This document shows, one piece after another, positions 8,560 to 17,732 of a stretch of 64,000 nucleotides of DNA (positions are counted from its first letter, which is position 1; the number at the start of each line of letters is the position of its first letter). The notes under the pieces were generated by a model. The model was given only the letters and a program-made list of their open reading frames with translations, ran no database searches and was not told the origin of the DNA. The DNA is from an uncultured Anaerolineales bacterium (GTDB taxonomy: Bacteria > Chloroflexota > Anaerolineae > Anaerolineales > UBA11858), in the NCBI GenBank assembly GCA_964457375.1, contig CAYWFK010000001.1, forward strand, positions 12,894-76,893. The letters are read 5' to 3'. The position numbers and the translations under genes were made by a program.

Positions 8560-10362
8560 ATGCAGCCTGTTTTGACAGTCGATTTGACAAACCGCGAGGT
8601 TGGTGAACTCGCAATTCCGGCGGATTGGTTCAATGCTTATTTGGGAGGCTCTCCGCTTGCTGCACGAATACTTTGGGACAGGTTCGATGCGGACACGGAT
8701 CCTTTATCAGCGGATGCGCCGCTTTTGTTTCTCAACGGGCTGTTGACTGGCACCAAGGGACCATCGACAAGCCGCTGGGTAGTTTGTGCACGTTCCCCGG
8801 CAACCGGATTGTGGGGAGAAGCGAATATCGGAGGGTTTTGGGGGGCGGAATTGAGAAAAGCCGGCTATTATGGGCTGCTGATAACCGGTAAAGCGCAAAC
8901 GCCGGTATTCCTCCAAATCCTGAACGACAAGGTGACGATTGAGCATGCCCGGGACTTGTGGGGATGTGATACTTATGATACCCAAAACCGGGTGCAACAA
9001 AAAACCGGGGCGGAAAAATACAGGATTGCCGTGATTGGCCCTGCCGGTGAGGCGCTAAACCGTTTCAGCCTGATATTATGTGATCATGGACGTGTAGCGG
9101 GCAGGACGGGGATGGGCGCAGTAATGGGATCGAAAAATCTTAAAGCAATCGCTGTTCGGGGAACAGGGGATGTGCCGATTGCGGAAAAGGAATATCTCGC
9201 GTTGAGGTCGGAAACCAACCGCATTTTACGCAACGACACGCTTTCGAGTACTGTGAGAGCTTTGGGTACAGCAGGGGTTGCGGATTACCTGGATTATGTC
9301 GGTGAAATGCCGAAGAAGTATTATCAATCGGGCGTGTTCGATGGCGTTGCAAAGGTTTCCGGGGCAACAATGTCGGAAACGATGCTTAAAGGGGTAGCTG
9401 CATGCCACGGGTGTGTCATCGCCTGCGGCAGGGTGGTCGAGTTGAGTGACCGGCGCAAACATAAGGGCCCGGAATATGAGACGGTTGTGGGGTTTGGGCC
9501 GAATTTGCTGATTGACGATTTGGTATTCATTACACGGATGGGCGAGTTGTGTGACCGCTACGGGATGGATACAATCAGTTTGAGCAATACGCTGGGGCTG
9601 GCGTTTTCCTTGTTCGAAAAAGGGGTGTTGACAACGGAAGACACCGGCGGATTGTCTTTGCAATGGGGAGACAAACAGGTCGTTGCTGAACTTGTGCGTC
9701 AAACAGGTGAAAACAAAGGGTTTGGGCAGGCGTTGGCAAAGGGGGCACGTTTTCTGGGAAAGAAATTCGGTTGTGAAGAAGCTGCTGTTCAGGTGAACGG
9801 TCTGGAATTGCCTTACCACGACCCTAGGGGTTCTTCGGGGATGGCGATTTCTTATGCCACCTCACCGCGTGGAGCTTGCCATAACCAGTCCGATTATTTC
9901 TTTGTCGATATTTACGGGCAAGTCGAAGAGGCTTTGGGCATGCGAAATGTAGACAGTCATGACGATATTGGAAAGATAGGGAATATTGTCATTCATCAGA
10001 ACTGGCGAACGCTTTTCAATGCGTTGGGCATGTGCTACTTTGCCAACGTTCCACCGGAATCCGTGCTTGGGCTGGTCAATGCTGCCGCAGGAACGGACCT
10101 TACCCTGGATGATCTCATGCAAATTGGCGAAAGGGGGTGGACGATCAAGCGTTTGCTTAATCGTAAATTCGGGTTGACGAAAGTTAACGACCGGCTCCCG
10201 AAACCCCTGCTTGAACCGTATCAGGATGGCGGTTCTTCCGGGTATGTGATTCCTTTTCGCGAGATGATCGAAGCGTATTATTCCGCCAGATGCTGGGATG
10301 TACAAACGGGTTTTCCCGAAAAGGAAAAAGTGCGTACGCTGGGTTTGACATGGGCGGTTTGA
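8560..10362 (+). CDS. Aldehyde:ferredoxin oxidoreductase family (tungsto/molybdopterin enzyme)
   Basis: ORF trimmed to the ATG at 8560 (MQPVLTVDLTNREV...). AOR N-terminal domain, GRTGMGAVMGSKNLKAIAVRG, a Cys motif CHGCVIACGR for the 4Fe-4S cluster, and YATSPRGACH. Confidence 0.85.
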   Translation: MQPVLTVDLTNREVGELAIPADWFNAYLGGSPLAARILWDRFDADTDPLSADAPLLFLNGLLTGTKGPSTSRWVVCARSPATGLWGEANIGGFWGAELRKAGYYGLLITGKAQTPVFLQILNDKVTIEHARDLWGCDTYDTQNRVQQKTGAEKYRIAVIGPAGEALNRFSLILCDHGRVAGRTGMGAVMGSKNLKAIAVRGTGDVPIAEKEYLALRSETNRILRNDTLSSTVRALGTAGVADYLDYVGEMPKKYYQSGVFDGVAKVSGATMSETMLKGVAACHGCVIACGRVVELSDRRKHKGPEYETVVGFGPNLLIDDLVFITRMGELCDRYGMDTISLSNTLGLAFSLFEKGVLTTEDTGGLSLQWGDKQVVAELVRQTGENKGFGQALAKGARFLGKKFGCEEAAVQVNGLELPYHDPRGSSGMAISYATSPRGACHNQSDYFFVDIYGQVEEALGMRNVDSHDDIGKIGNIVIHQNWRTLFNALGMCYFANVPPESVLGLVNAAAGTDLTLDDLMQIGERGWTIKRLLNRKFGLTKVNDRLPKPLLEPYQDGGSSGYVIPFREMIEAYYSARCWDVQTGFPEKEKVRTLGLTWAV

Positions 10363-10447
10363 CATCTAACCGTGATGAAAAACGGATTGTGCAAACCGGA
10401 TTAAAATTAGACATCGAAAAGAAATCATTAAGCAGTGAGGTGTTTTC

Positions 10448-12067
10448 ATGAAGTATGTAAGCGTCGAGGAAATGAGAACGATCGACCGGGAGTCGGACAA
10501 GAGCGGCCAGACTTATGCCATGCTGATGGACCGTGCCGGGAAAGGTGTGGCTGAGATTGTCGTTCAGAAATACGGGAACCTAAAAGAAAAACGTGTCCTG
10601 GCGTTGGTTGGGTCGGGGAACAATGGGGGAGATGCTTTGGTCGCCTGTACGTATTTGATTGAGTGGGGATGGTCGGCTGTTGTATATCTGGTGCTTCCTC
10701 GTCCCAAAGATGATCCGTTGATTTCGAAATTCGTTTCGCTGGGCGGGAAAGTCGTTTCTCCTGAAGAAGATTCCGGATACAGAAAACTCAAACGTTTGAT
10801 TGAAATTCACCCGGTTTTGCTGGATGGCATTTTAGGCACAGGTGTGCATTTGCCGTTACGCGGGAATATTCCCGATGTGTTGAAGCATGTGAAAAGAATG
10901 GCGGCAAGCAGAAAAGTTCATGTTGTGGCAATCGATTGTCCTTCCGGCGTGGATTGTGATTCCGGGGATGCAGCAAAAGAATGTTTCCCGGCTGAAGTAA
11001 CTGCGACGATGGCCGCAATCAAGCAAGGGCTGCTGCGTTTCCCTGCTTACAACCTTGTCGGTGAGATTCGAGTTGTCGATATCGGGGTGCCCAAAGGGCT
11101 GCCTGTGTATAAATCTATCCGCCGTGAGGTGGTAGACGGTGCTTTGGTCAGGCGCATTTTGCCGGAACGTCCGTTGGATGCGCATAAAGGAACTTTTGGT
11201 ACCGCATTGGTGATTGCCGGATCGGTAAATTATACGGGGGCGGCATTGTTGGCTTCGGAGGCTGCTTATCGGATTGGCGCCGGATTGGTTACCGTTGCTG
11301 TCCCTGCTGCAATTCACGGGAGTTTGGCGGGGATGCTTCCGGAAGCAACGTGGATATTGTTGCCGCACGAAATGGGTGTGATCAATGCTTCGGCTGTGAA
11401 GGTTGTCAGAGAGAATCTCGGGAAGGTTACCGGATTGCTTTTTGGCCCCGGTTTCGGGCAGGACGAAGTGACTGCGGAATTCGTTGCCAAACTGGTTGGC
11501 TATGATAACGGGAAACAGCATGCCGGGCTGGGATTTATTCCAGCACCCCAGGAAGGAAGCTCACCGAAGAAAGTCAAACTTCCACCGCTGGTTATCGATG
11601 CGGACGGGTTGAAATTGCTTGCCAGGGTACCGCAATGGCATAAGCGAATTCCGGCGATATCGGTGCTTACGCCTCATCCCGGTGAGATGGCAGTTTTGAC
11701 GGGACTGGATACGAAGGAAATCCAGGCTGACCGTGTTCGCATAGCCGAGAAGTATGCGAAGGCGTGGGGGCATGTCGTGGTATTGAAAGGCGCTCATACC
11801 GTGGTTGCATCCCCGAAAGGGAACACGGCAATCATACCGGTGGCAACGCCGGCATTGGCGCGTGCCGGTACGGGAGATGTGCTTGCCGGTTTGATTGTGG
11901 GGCTCCGGGCGCAGCGTGTTGGGGCTTTTGGCGCAGCGATAGCGGGTGCATGGATCCATGCACAGGCAGGGCTGCGTGCCGCAGTCAGGATGGGAAGCAC
12001 GAGCGCCGTTCTGGCCGGAGATGTATTGGCTTCTGTCGTCGATATTCTGGCGGAAACAGGTTCGTAG
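10448..12067 (+). CDS. nnr: Bifunctional NAD(P)H-hydrate repair enzyme (epimerase plus ADP-dependent dehydratase, YjeF)
   Basis: N-terminal YjeF_N domain (GSGNNGGDALV) and C-terminal carbohydrate-kinase-like domain (HKGTFGTALVIAGS...GTGDVLAG). Confidence 0.9.
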   Translation: MKYVSVEEMRTIDRESDKSGQTYAMLMDRAGKGVAEIVVQKYGNLKEKRVLALVGSGNNGGDALVACTYLIEWGWSAVVYLVLPRPKDDPLISKFVSLGGKVVSPEEDSGYRKLKRLIEIHPVLLDGILGTGVHLPLRGNIPDVLKHVKRMAASRKVHVVAIDCPSGVDCDSGDAAKECFPAEVTATMAAIKQGLLRFPAYNLVGEIRVVDIGVPKGLPVYKSIRREVVDGALVRRILPERPLDAHKGTFGTALVIAGSVNYTGAALLASEAAYRIGAGLVTVAVPAAIHGSLAGMLPEATWILLPHEMGVINASAVKVVRENLGKVTGLLFGPGFGQDEVTAEFVAKLVGYDNGKQHAGLGFIPAPQEGSSPKKVKLPPLVIDADGLKLLARVPQWHKRIPAISVLTPHPGEMAVLTGLDTKEIQADRVRIAEKYAKAWGHVVVLKGAHTVVASPKGNTAIIPVATPALARAGTGDVLAGLIVGLRAQRVGAFGAAIAGAWIHAQAGLRAAVRMGSTSAVLAGDVLASVVDILAETGS

Positions 12068-12094
12068 CAGAAAACGTTTGAGGAGTGAACAATA

Positions 12095-12125
12095 AACAGC
12101 GCATCTTCATGATGCGCTGTTTTTG
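12095..12125. terminator. Bidirectional Rho-independent terminator between convergent nnr and the YtxH gene
   Basis: CAGCGCATC-ttcat-GATGCGCTG (9-bp stem), flanked by an A-run upstream and TTTTTG downstream. Confidence 0.85.
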
Positions 12126-12155
12126 AATTTGATGATTAAGCCGGAGTGGGGTAAT

Positions 12156-12680
12156 TTATTCTTTTGCTTTTTTGTCGTTTTCTTGTTCTTCCGGCGCCTG
12201 GTCTGCAGTGGATTTCTTGCTTTTGGCTGATTTACGGGTTGTGATTTTCTTGCCGGTGTCGATGGCTTCCTGCAATTTGGACTTTTGTTCTTCAAGTACG
12301 ACTTGCCCTTTTTGCGCCCATTCATCGCTTTTGGTTTTCACCTGCTCGGCAACCACGTTTGCTTTTGTTTTTGCTTCTTCTGCCAGTTTTTCAGCACGCG
12401 ACTTGGTTTCTTCCGCAAGTTTTTCGGCGCGCTGTCTGGTTTCTTCTGCCAGTTTTTCGGCACGCAAACGAGCTTCTTCTTTTAACTGCTCAGCCCGGGC
12501 TTTGGCTTCTTCAGCGGTTTCGGTTGCTTTGTCTTTTAATTCGATACTTTTTTCTCTGATGATGGTTCGGGTTTCCTCACCTGATTGCGGGGCAAGCAGA
12601 ATGGCAACAACTGCACCGACAATACCTCCGAGCATGAAGCCGGACAAGAATGCTCCCAAATCACTATTGTTGTCTCCCAT
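12156..12680 (-). CDS. YtxH-like general-stress membrane-anchored coiled-coil protein
   Basis: N-terminus GAFLSGFMLGGIVGAVVAILLAPQSGEETR (YtxH motif), followed by a charged helical repeat region (AEKLAEE...). Confidence 0.75.
   Translation of the reverse strand: MGDNNSDLGAFLSGFMLGGIVGAVVAILLAPQSGEETRTIIREKSIELKDKATETAEEAKARAEQLKEEARLRAEKLAEETRQRAEKLAEETKSRAEKLAEEAKTKANVVAEQVKTKSDEWAQKGQVVLEEQKSKLQEAIDTGKKITTRKSAKSKKSTADQAPEEQENDKKAKE
12375..12473 (-). repeat. Three imperfect 33-bp tandem repeats inside the YtxH gene (11-aa AEKLAEE-x-x-x-R units)
   Basis: Units at 12375-12407, 12408-12440 and 12441-12473 all begin TTCTTC-GC-A-GTTTTTC-GC-CGC. They encode RAEKLAEETRQ / RAEKLAEETKS / RAEKLAEEAKT. 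Confidence 0.8.
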
Positions 12681-12731
12681 AATATACTCCTTTGCGAATG
12701 GTTCTCTATGAACGTTACGGTACGATAAAGC

Positions 12732-13223
12732 CTATTTTTTGTTTCGGCGAACGGGGTTTATCAGCCCGACAATATGTTGAATACCTGCGAGATATTCGTT
12801 GAGTTTGATAATCGGTTCGGTTACATTGTCGCTGATGAAGCGGGTTGTGCCGCGTAATGTGCTGATTGTTTCGTTGGTGGAATCGAGAATTGGCTTGATT
12901 TCGTTTTGCAGCAGGTTCGTCAACCGGGCAATCTGCACGACAAGGACGATCAATACCAGCCCGATTACCAGGAATTCCAGTGCCATCATGATGATGAATA
13001 CATCCCGGATGCGGGCAGTTACTTGTGCGGGGGTGCCCGGGTTGAGTAGGAAAACCAGCCCGGCAATCAGTAATCCCACCAAAATGATGACAACGAGGAT
13101 GATTCCCGCAATGGTTAATTTTTGTTTGCGGATTTCAGCAGGCGTTGCTTTGCTTTCGGGCGTGTTTGGCTGTGATTCCCTGCTGGCAGGTTTGTGATTA
13201 GTATCGTTTATTTTTTCGTCCAT
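12732..13223 (-). CDS. DUF948-like (YoxC-type) membrane protein
   Basis: Two TM segments followed by a helical segment (LQNEIKPILDSTNETISTLRGTTRFISDNVTEPIIKLNE). It is adjacent to a YtxH gene, a pairing common in Gram-positive genomes. The family call is from memory, not a search. Confidence 0.5.
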   Translation of the reverse strand: MDEKINDTNHKPASRESQPNTPESKATPAEIRKQKLTIAGIILVVIILVGLLIAGLVFLLNPGTPAQVTARIRDVFIIMMALEFLVIGLVLIVLVVQIARLTNLLQNEIKPILDSTNETISTLRGTTRFISDNVTEPIIKLNEYLAGIQHIVGLINPVRRNKK

Positions 13224-13333
13224 ATCGTCATAATTATAGCATAAGAAGGTTGAAGATTTGTTAGAGAGCTGTATGGAAAACGTTAATGATGCGTGAGTTG
13301 GGATGAAATGGCAGGCTTTTCAGGAAAATCTGA

Positions 13334-13364
13334 TATAATCTGGTAACTGGTCAGACCAGTTACC
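13334..13364 (+). promoter_or_regulatory. Extended -10 (TGaTATAAT) plus a 23-bp perfect palindrome GGTAACTGGTC-A-GACCAGTTACC, a candidate FadR operator
   Basis: TATAAT at 13334-13339. The palindrome at 13342-13364 contains AACTGGTCAGACCAGTT, which closely matches the E. coli FadR box consensus (A-CTGGTC-GAC-TGTT). The RBS GAAGGAG follows. Confidence 0.65.
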
Positions 13365-13379
13365 GAAGGAGCGGACTTT

Positions 13380-14072
13380 ATGACGAAACGAAACAACCTG
13401 AAACCAGCGGCTTATGCGGAAAAACAAATCATCGATGCAATTCTTTCAGGCCGTTACCCGGTGAACACCAATTTGCCGGGGGAACGGGAGATGGCAAGTC
13501 AACTGGGCGTTACCCGCCCGACACTCCGCGAGGTTTATCAGCGCCTGAAACGCGATGGATGGCTGGAAATTCACCACGGCAAAGCGACGCGGGTGCGGAA
13601 TTTTTGGGAAGAAGGAAGTTTAGGCGTGCTGGCAGAAATTGCCAAACATGTCGAAACGCAACCGGCAAATTTTGTGCGTGATTTGTTGTTTGTCCGCAGC
13701 CTGATTGCTCCGGCTTATACACGGCTGGCAATCGAAAACCAGGCACACACGCTGGCAGTGTTCATGCGCCCGTATCAGGATGCTGAAAGCACACCTGAAG
13801 TGTACGCACGTCTGGATTGGCAGTTGCATCGCAAACTGGCGAGTCTGTCGGGTAATCCGATTTTTCCTTTGATGTTGAACGGATTTGCCGATTTGTACGG
13901 CGTGGTTGGATTACGCTATTTCCAGAATCCGCATGCGGTTGCTGCTTCGGGCGGGTTTTACAAGGCATTGCTTGCCTGCGCCGAAAACGGTGATGCTGAA
14001 AAAGGCGGTGTGGTCATGGCGCAGGCGATGCAGCAATCCTTGGAGATATGGCAGGCTATGCAAAAGGAATGA
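13380..14072 (+). CDS. fadR: GntR-family regulator, FadR subfamily (fatty-acid-responsive)
   Basis: YAEKQIIDAILSGRYPVNTNLPGEREMASQLGVTRPTLREVYQRLKRDGWLEIHHGKATRVRNFWEEGSLGVL parallels the N-terminal region of E. coli FadR almost position for position. Confidence 0.8.
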   Translation: MTKRNNLKPAAYAEKQIIDAILSGRYPVNTNLPGEREMASQLGVTRPTLREVYQRLKRDGWLEIHHGKATRVRNFWEEGSLGVLAEIAKHVETQPANFVRDLLFVRSLIAPAYTRLAIENQAHTLAVFMRPYQDAESTPEVYARLDWQLHRKLASLSGNPIFPLMLNGFADLYGVVGLRYFQNPHAVAASGGFYKALLACAENGDAEKGGVVMAQAMQQSLEIWQAMQKE

Positions 14073-15811
14073 CATGTATGAAAAAAGATAGCATTGATCC
14101 CGGATGGTATGAAGGGAAAATACCATCGCATTCTTATCGTTCGTTGTTCAAATGGGGAAAGCCGGATACGTACAAGCATCCGAATGAACGTTTGGTGAAA
14201 TATTTGATGGCGTCATTGAAGCTCGAAGAAAATGCCTTTCGGAAACCGGCCGGATTGGGTTTGGAGAGGGTTTCCGCACAAAAGGGCCCGAAAATGCCTG
14301 AAAAGCATCTTCAGGCTTTCACAAACATCCTTGGAAAGGGCAATGTTTCCGTATCGGACTATGATCGTCTGAAAGCTGCTTCCGGGCAGGCGATGGTTGA
14401 CATCCTGCGCTTGCGCGGATTGGGGATGCCGGCTTTACCTGATGTCGTTCTTCATCCGAAAGACAAGGAAGACGTGCGGTGTGTGGTGATGTATTGCGAT
14501 CAAAACCGGATTCCTCTCTATGTGGTTGGCGGCGGCACCTCTGTAACGAGAGGTTTTGAACCAGTAAAGCACGGTGCAGTGCTGGATGTCAGCACGCATA
14601 TGAACAAGGTGCTGGATTTCAGCGAAACAAATCAAACTGTGACCGTACAGCCGGGTATCAGCGGGCCGGAACTGGAATCCTTCCTGAACCATGCTCCCGA
14701 AAAGGCGGGGGCACAATATGCTTATACGTGCGGTCATTTTCCCCAGTCTTTCCAGTTTTCTACCGTGGGCGGATGGGTGGTTACGCGTGGTGCGGGGCAG
14801 AATTCTACCTATTACGGGAAGATTGAAGATTTGGTGCTGAGCCAGGAATATGTCACACCTGCCGGGGTGATGCGAACGCCGGACTACCCGAGGCAGGCAA
14901 TGGGTCCTGATGCGGATCAAATTTTGATAGGCAGCGAGGGGATTTTCGGTGTTCTGGTTCGTGTAACTTTGAAAGTGTTCCGTTATATGCCGGAAAACCG
15001 GCGGTATTTCAGCTATTTGTTCAGGGATTGGCAAAGTGCAACGGATGCTGCCCGCCATATTCTGCAATCGGAAGCCGGCAAGCCTTCTGTCTTCCGGATA
15101 TCGGATGGCGAGGAAACGGATGCTGCCTTGCGTTTGTATGGCGTTTCGGAGACGATTGCTGATACATTCCTTGACCGGCTCGGTTTCACTGCCGGAAAAC
15201 GCTGCCTGATGCTTGGCTGGGCCGATGGAGAAAAGGGGTACGCCCGGAACGTAGCTCGTCAAGTCAATAAAATTTGCCGCTCGAAAGGCGCTTTTCCGTT
15301 GAGTGTTTTTCAGGTTACCCGACGATGGGAAAAAGGACGATTTTTGGACCCGTATATGCGTGATGATCTGGTCGATTTCGGGTTGATAATCGACACACTG
15401 GAATGTGCGGTAACCTGGGAGCGCCTGCCAAAAGTACATCGTGAAGTGCGGAAGGTCATCAAGCAGGACGGGGAAACCATCGCAATGTCGCATATTTCTC
15501 ACGCATATCCTCAGGGTGCAAACTTGTATTTTATTTTCATCCGGCGCAACAAGGGCTTGCAGGATTATTTGCGTACCCAATATGGGATTTTGGATGCGAT
15601 TGTTGCCAATGGCGGATCCGTCAGCCATCACCATGGGATTGGGAAACACCTTGCGCCGTGGTTGGCAGAACAACAAGGGGACGGATATATCCGGATGTTA
15701 CGTAGTCTTAAACAGTATTTCGACCCGAACGGGATTTTAAATCCTGGCGGCACATTGGCTTTGGACCTGACAGCGGAGCAAGCCGGGAAGCAATGGGGGT
15801 TGAACGAATGA
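14048..15811 (+). CDS. FAD-linked oxidase, alkyl-dihydroxyacetonephosphate-synthase (AGPS)-like
   Basis: FAD_binding_4-type N-terminal half (VVLHPKDKEDVRCVVMYCDQNRIPLYVVGGGTSV) and C-terminal SVSHHHGIGK. The start is uncertain (14048, 14069 or 14078). Confidence 0.7.
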   Translation: MAGYAKGMTCMKKDSIDPGWYEGKIPSHSYRSLFKWGKPDTYKHPNERLVKYLMASLKLEENAFRKPAGLGLERVSAQKGPKMPEKHLQAFTNILGKGNVSVSDYDRLKAASGQAMVDILRLRGLGMPALPDVVLHPKDKEDVRCVVMYCDQNRIPLYVVGGGTSVTRGFEPVKHGAVLDVSTHMNKVLDFSETNQTVTVQPGISGPELESFLNHAPEKAGAQYAYTCGHFPQSFQFSTVGGWVVTRGAGQNSTYYGKIEDLVLSQEYVTPAGVMRTPDYPRQAMGPDADQILIGSEGIFGVLVRVTLKVFRYMPENRRYFSYLFRDWQSATDAARHILQSEAGKPSVFRISDGEETDAALRLYGVSETIADTFLDRLGFTAGKRCLMLGWADGEKGYARNVARQVNKICRSKGAFPLSVFQVTRRWEKGRFLDPYMRDDLVDFGLIIDTLECAVTWERLPKVHREVRKVIKQDGETIAMSHISHAYPQGANLYFIFIRRNKGLQDYLRTQYGILDAIVANGGSVSHHHGIGKHLAPWLAEQQGDGYIRMLRSLKQYFDPNGILNPGGTLALDLTAEQAGKQWGLNE

Positions 15812-17400
15812 CGACGTGGCAAAGAGGCTGGCGGGCAAGCGTTTGGTCTGTGCTGGATCAGACGTGGGATGTCATCATCATTGGCGGGGGAATTACCGGC
15901 GCAGGAATCATGCGTGAGGCGGTGCGCCTGGGGTTGAAAGTGCTGTTGGTTGACGCCAACGACTTCGCTGCGGGGGCTTCGAGCCGTTCTTCGAAACTGG
16001 TTCACGGCGGTTTGCGTTATTTGAAAAACCTTCAGTTCAAAACGACGCTGGAATCAGTAAGGGAACGGGAGCGGTTGCTGGCGCATGGCAAGGGACTGAT
16101 TCAGCCCCTGAATATTCTTTTTACCAGTATTGGCGTGGACAGACTATACCATTGGGAAATTGGACTTGGTATTGCTCTTTATGGATTGCTGGCGCGGAAA
16201 TGGCAGGTGCACTATCTTTCTCCGCAGGAATTGCGGAGGCTTTGTCCTTCGTTGACTTCAGAGCGCGTCCGCGGAGGGTTCGCTTATTATGACGCCCAAA
16301 CGGACGATGCCCGCTTGACCCTGCGGATTATCCGGGAGGCTGTTATGGACGGGGGAATAGCGGTGAACTATGCCCGGGTCATTCGTCTGATGCGGGATGT
16401 CCGGGGTGATGTTTGCGGAATTGTTTTACAGGATGAAGTACCGGAAAGCAACCTCCCGGCGATTGAAGTTCAAGGGAAACTGGTCATCAACGCCACAGGT
16501 CCCTGGACGGACGCAACGCGTGCTTTGGTCGAAAAAAAGAAACGCATGCGTCCTTTGCGGGGAAGCCATTTGGTCTTTCCACGAGAGCGACTGGCGTTGA
16601 CGTATTCTGTGAGTATGGCGCACCCCCGGGACAGGAGACCGGTTTTCGCCTTCCCGTGGGAAGGTGTGGTGGTGGCTGGTACGACCGATGTGGATACGGG
16701 AGGCAGCGTTTCCGTCAATCCGCACATCAGCCGGGAAGAAAGCGCGTATTTGCTTGAATTCGTTCAAACGGCATTTCCCGGGCAGGGGATTACTTATGAC
16801 GATGTGCTGGCGAGCTGGTCAGGTATCAGGCCGGTTGTCGATACGGGAAAATCAGACCCGTCGAAGGAATCGCGCGAACACGTGATTTGGCATGAAAATG
16901 GCTTGTTGACGGTTACCGGAGGAAAATTGACAACGTTTCGCGTGATGGCTCGTGATGTGTTGAAGGCAGCCCGGCGTGTCTTGCCGTCGATACCAGTCTG
17001 CCGGGACGAAACCCGCGTGCTGGAAAAGGTGGACACTCCGGAGAATATTCCTGATTCGCTGATTGTTTCAGGAGACATCCAGCGGTTGTTGGGGCGATAC
17101 GGGCTTGAAGCGGGGGCGTTGTTGCGAACCTCGAAAGCGGATGAACTTGCACGGATTGGGAACACATCGTATTTGTGGGCGGAACTGCGCTGGGCGGCAC
17201 GGGAAGAAGGTGTTGTCCACCTGGATGATTTGCTCCTCCGCCGGGTGAGGATTGGCTTGTTGTTGCCGGATGGTGCGATACAGCTGATTGGGCGGGTGAA
17301 ATCCATCGTTCAGGAAGAACTTGGCTGGAACGATCGGCGCTGGCATGAAGAATATCGGGATTATATGGCGCTTCACAGGAAGTCGTTCAGTGTTCAATAA
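15808..17400 (+). CDS. glpD: FAD-dependent glycerol-3-phosphate dehydrogenase
   Basis: DVIIIGGGITGAGIMREAVRLGLKVLLVDANDFAAGASSRSSKLVHGGLRYL. The ATG at 15808 overlaps the upstream TGA stop (ATGA), which suggests translational coupling. Confidence 0.85.
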   Translation: MTTWQRGWRASVWSVLDQTWDVIIIGGGITGAGIMREAVRLGLKVLLVDANDFAAGASSRSSKLVHGGLRYLKNLQFKTTLESVRERERLLAHGKGLIQPLNILFTSIGVDRLYHWEIGLGIALYGLLARKWQVHYLSPQELRRLCPSLTSERVRGGFAYYDAQTDDARLTLRIIREAVMDGGIAVNYARVIRLMRDVRGDVCGIVLQDEVPESNLPAIEVQGKLVINATGPWTDATRALVEKKKRMRPLRGSHLVFPRERLALTYSVSMAHPRDRRPVFAFPWEGVVVAGTTDVDTGGSVSVNPHISREESAYLLEFVQTAFPGQGITYDDVLASWSGIRPVVDTGKSDPSKESREHVIWHENGLLTVTGGKLTTFRVMARDVLKAARRVLPSIPVCRDETRVLEKVDTPENIPDSLIVSGDIQRLLGRYGLEAGALLRTSKADELARIGNTSYLWAELRWAAREEGVVHLDDLLLRRVRIGLLLPDGAIQLIGRVKSIVQEELGWNDRRWHEEYRDYMALHRKSFSVQ

Positions 17401-17732
17401 TCGCTTAAATTGCTGGTACAGGCTCAATGACTTCGTTGGTGTTCCGGATGTGTTGGGGGAATTTTGTGCGTAAGGTTGCCATGGGACGTCAGGCAGGCAA
17501 GAATGCCATTGCTGGTTTTGACACTGGCAGGGATTGAACAACAAATCGCTCTGAGCAAAGTTCATGATACGAAGCAAGAAGATACGAAAAATCATGAAAA
17601 TTATCATCTCAAAGAGCGTCAACTTTTGTTACAATAGAAGTGAAATTTTTTATAGTACCTTTGGTATAAATGAATATCTGTTGTGAACGTGTATAATTCA
17701 GGTATTCTATCCTATGAAAAACGGACCTCAAA

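Noticed and set aside
14435-15676. 413-aa ORF antisense to the AGPS-like gene
   Set aside because: It has no recognisable motifs and an Arg/Pro/His-rich composition typical of antisense frames. The sense frame has clear FAD-oxidase motifs.
17068-17622. 184-aa minus-strand ORF overlapping the glpD 3' end and the following spacer
   Set aside because: It is largely antisense to glpD, has no RBS, and has an unconvincing composition.
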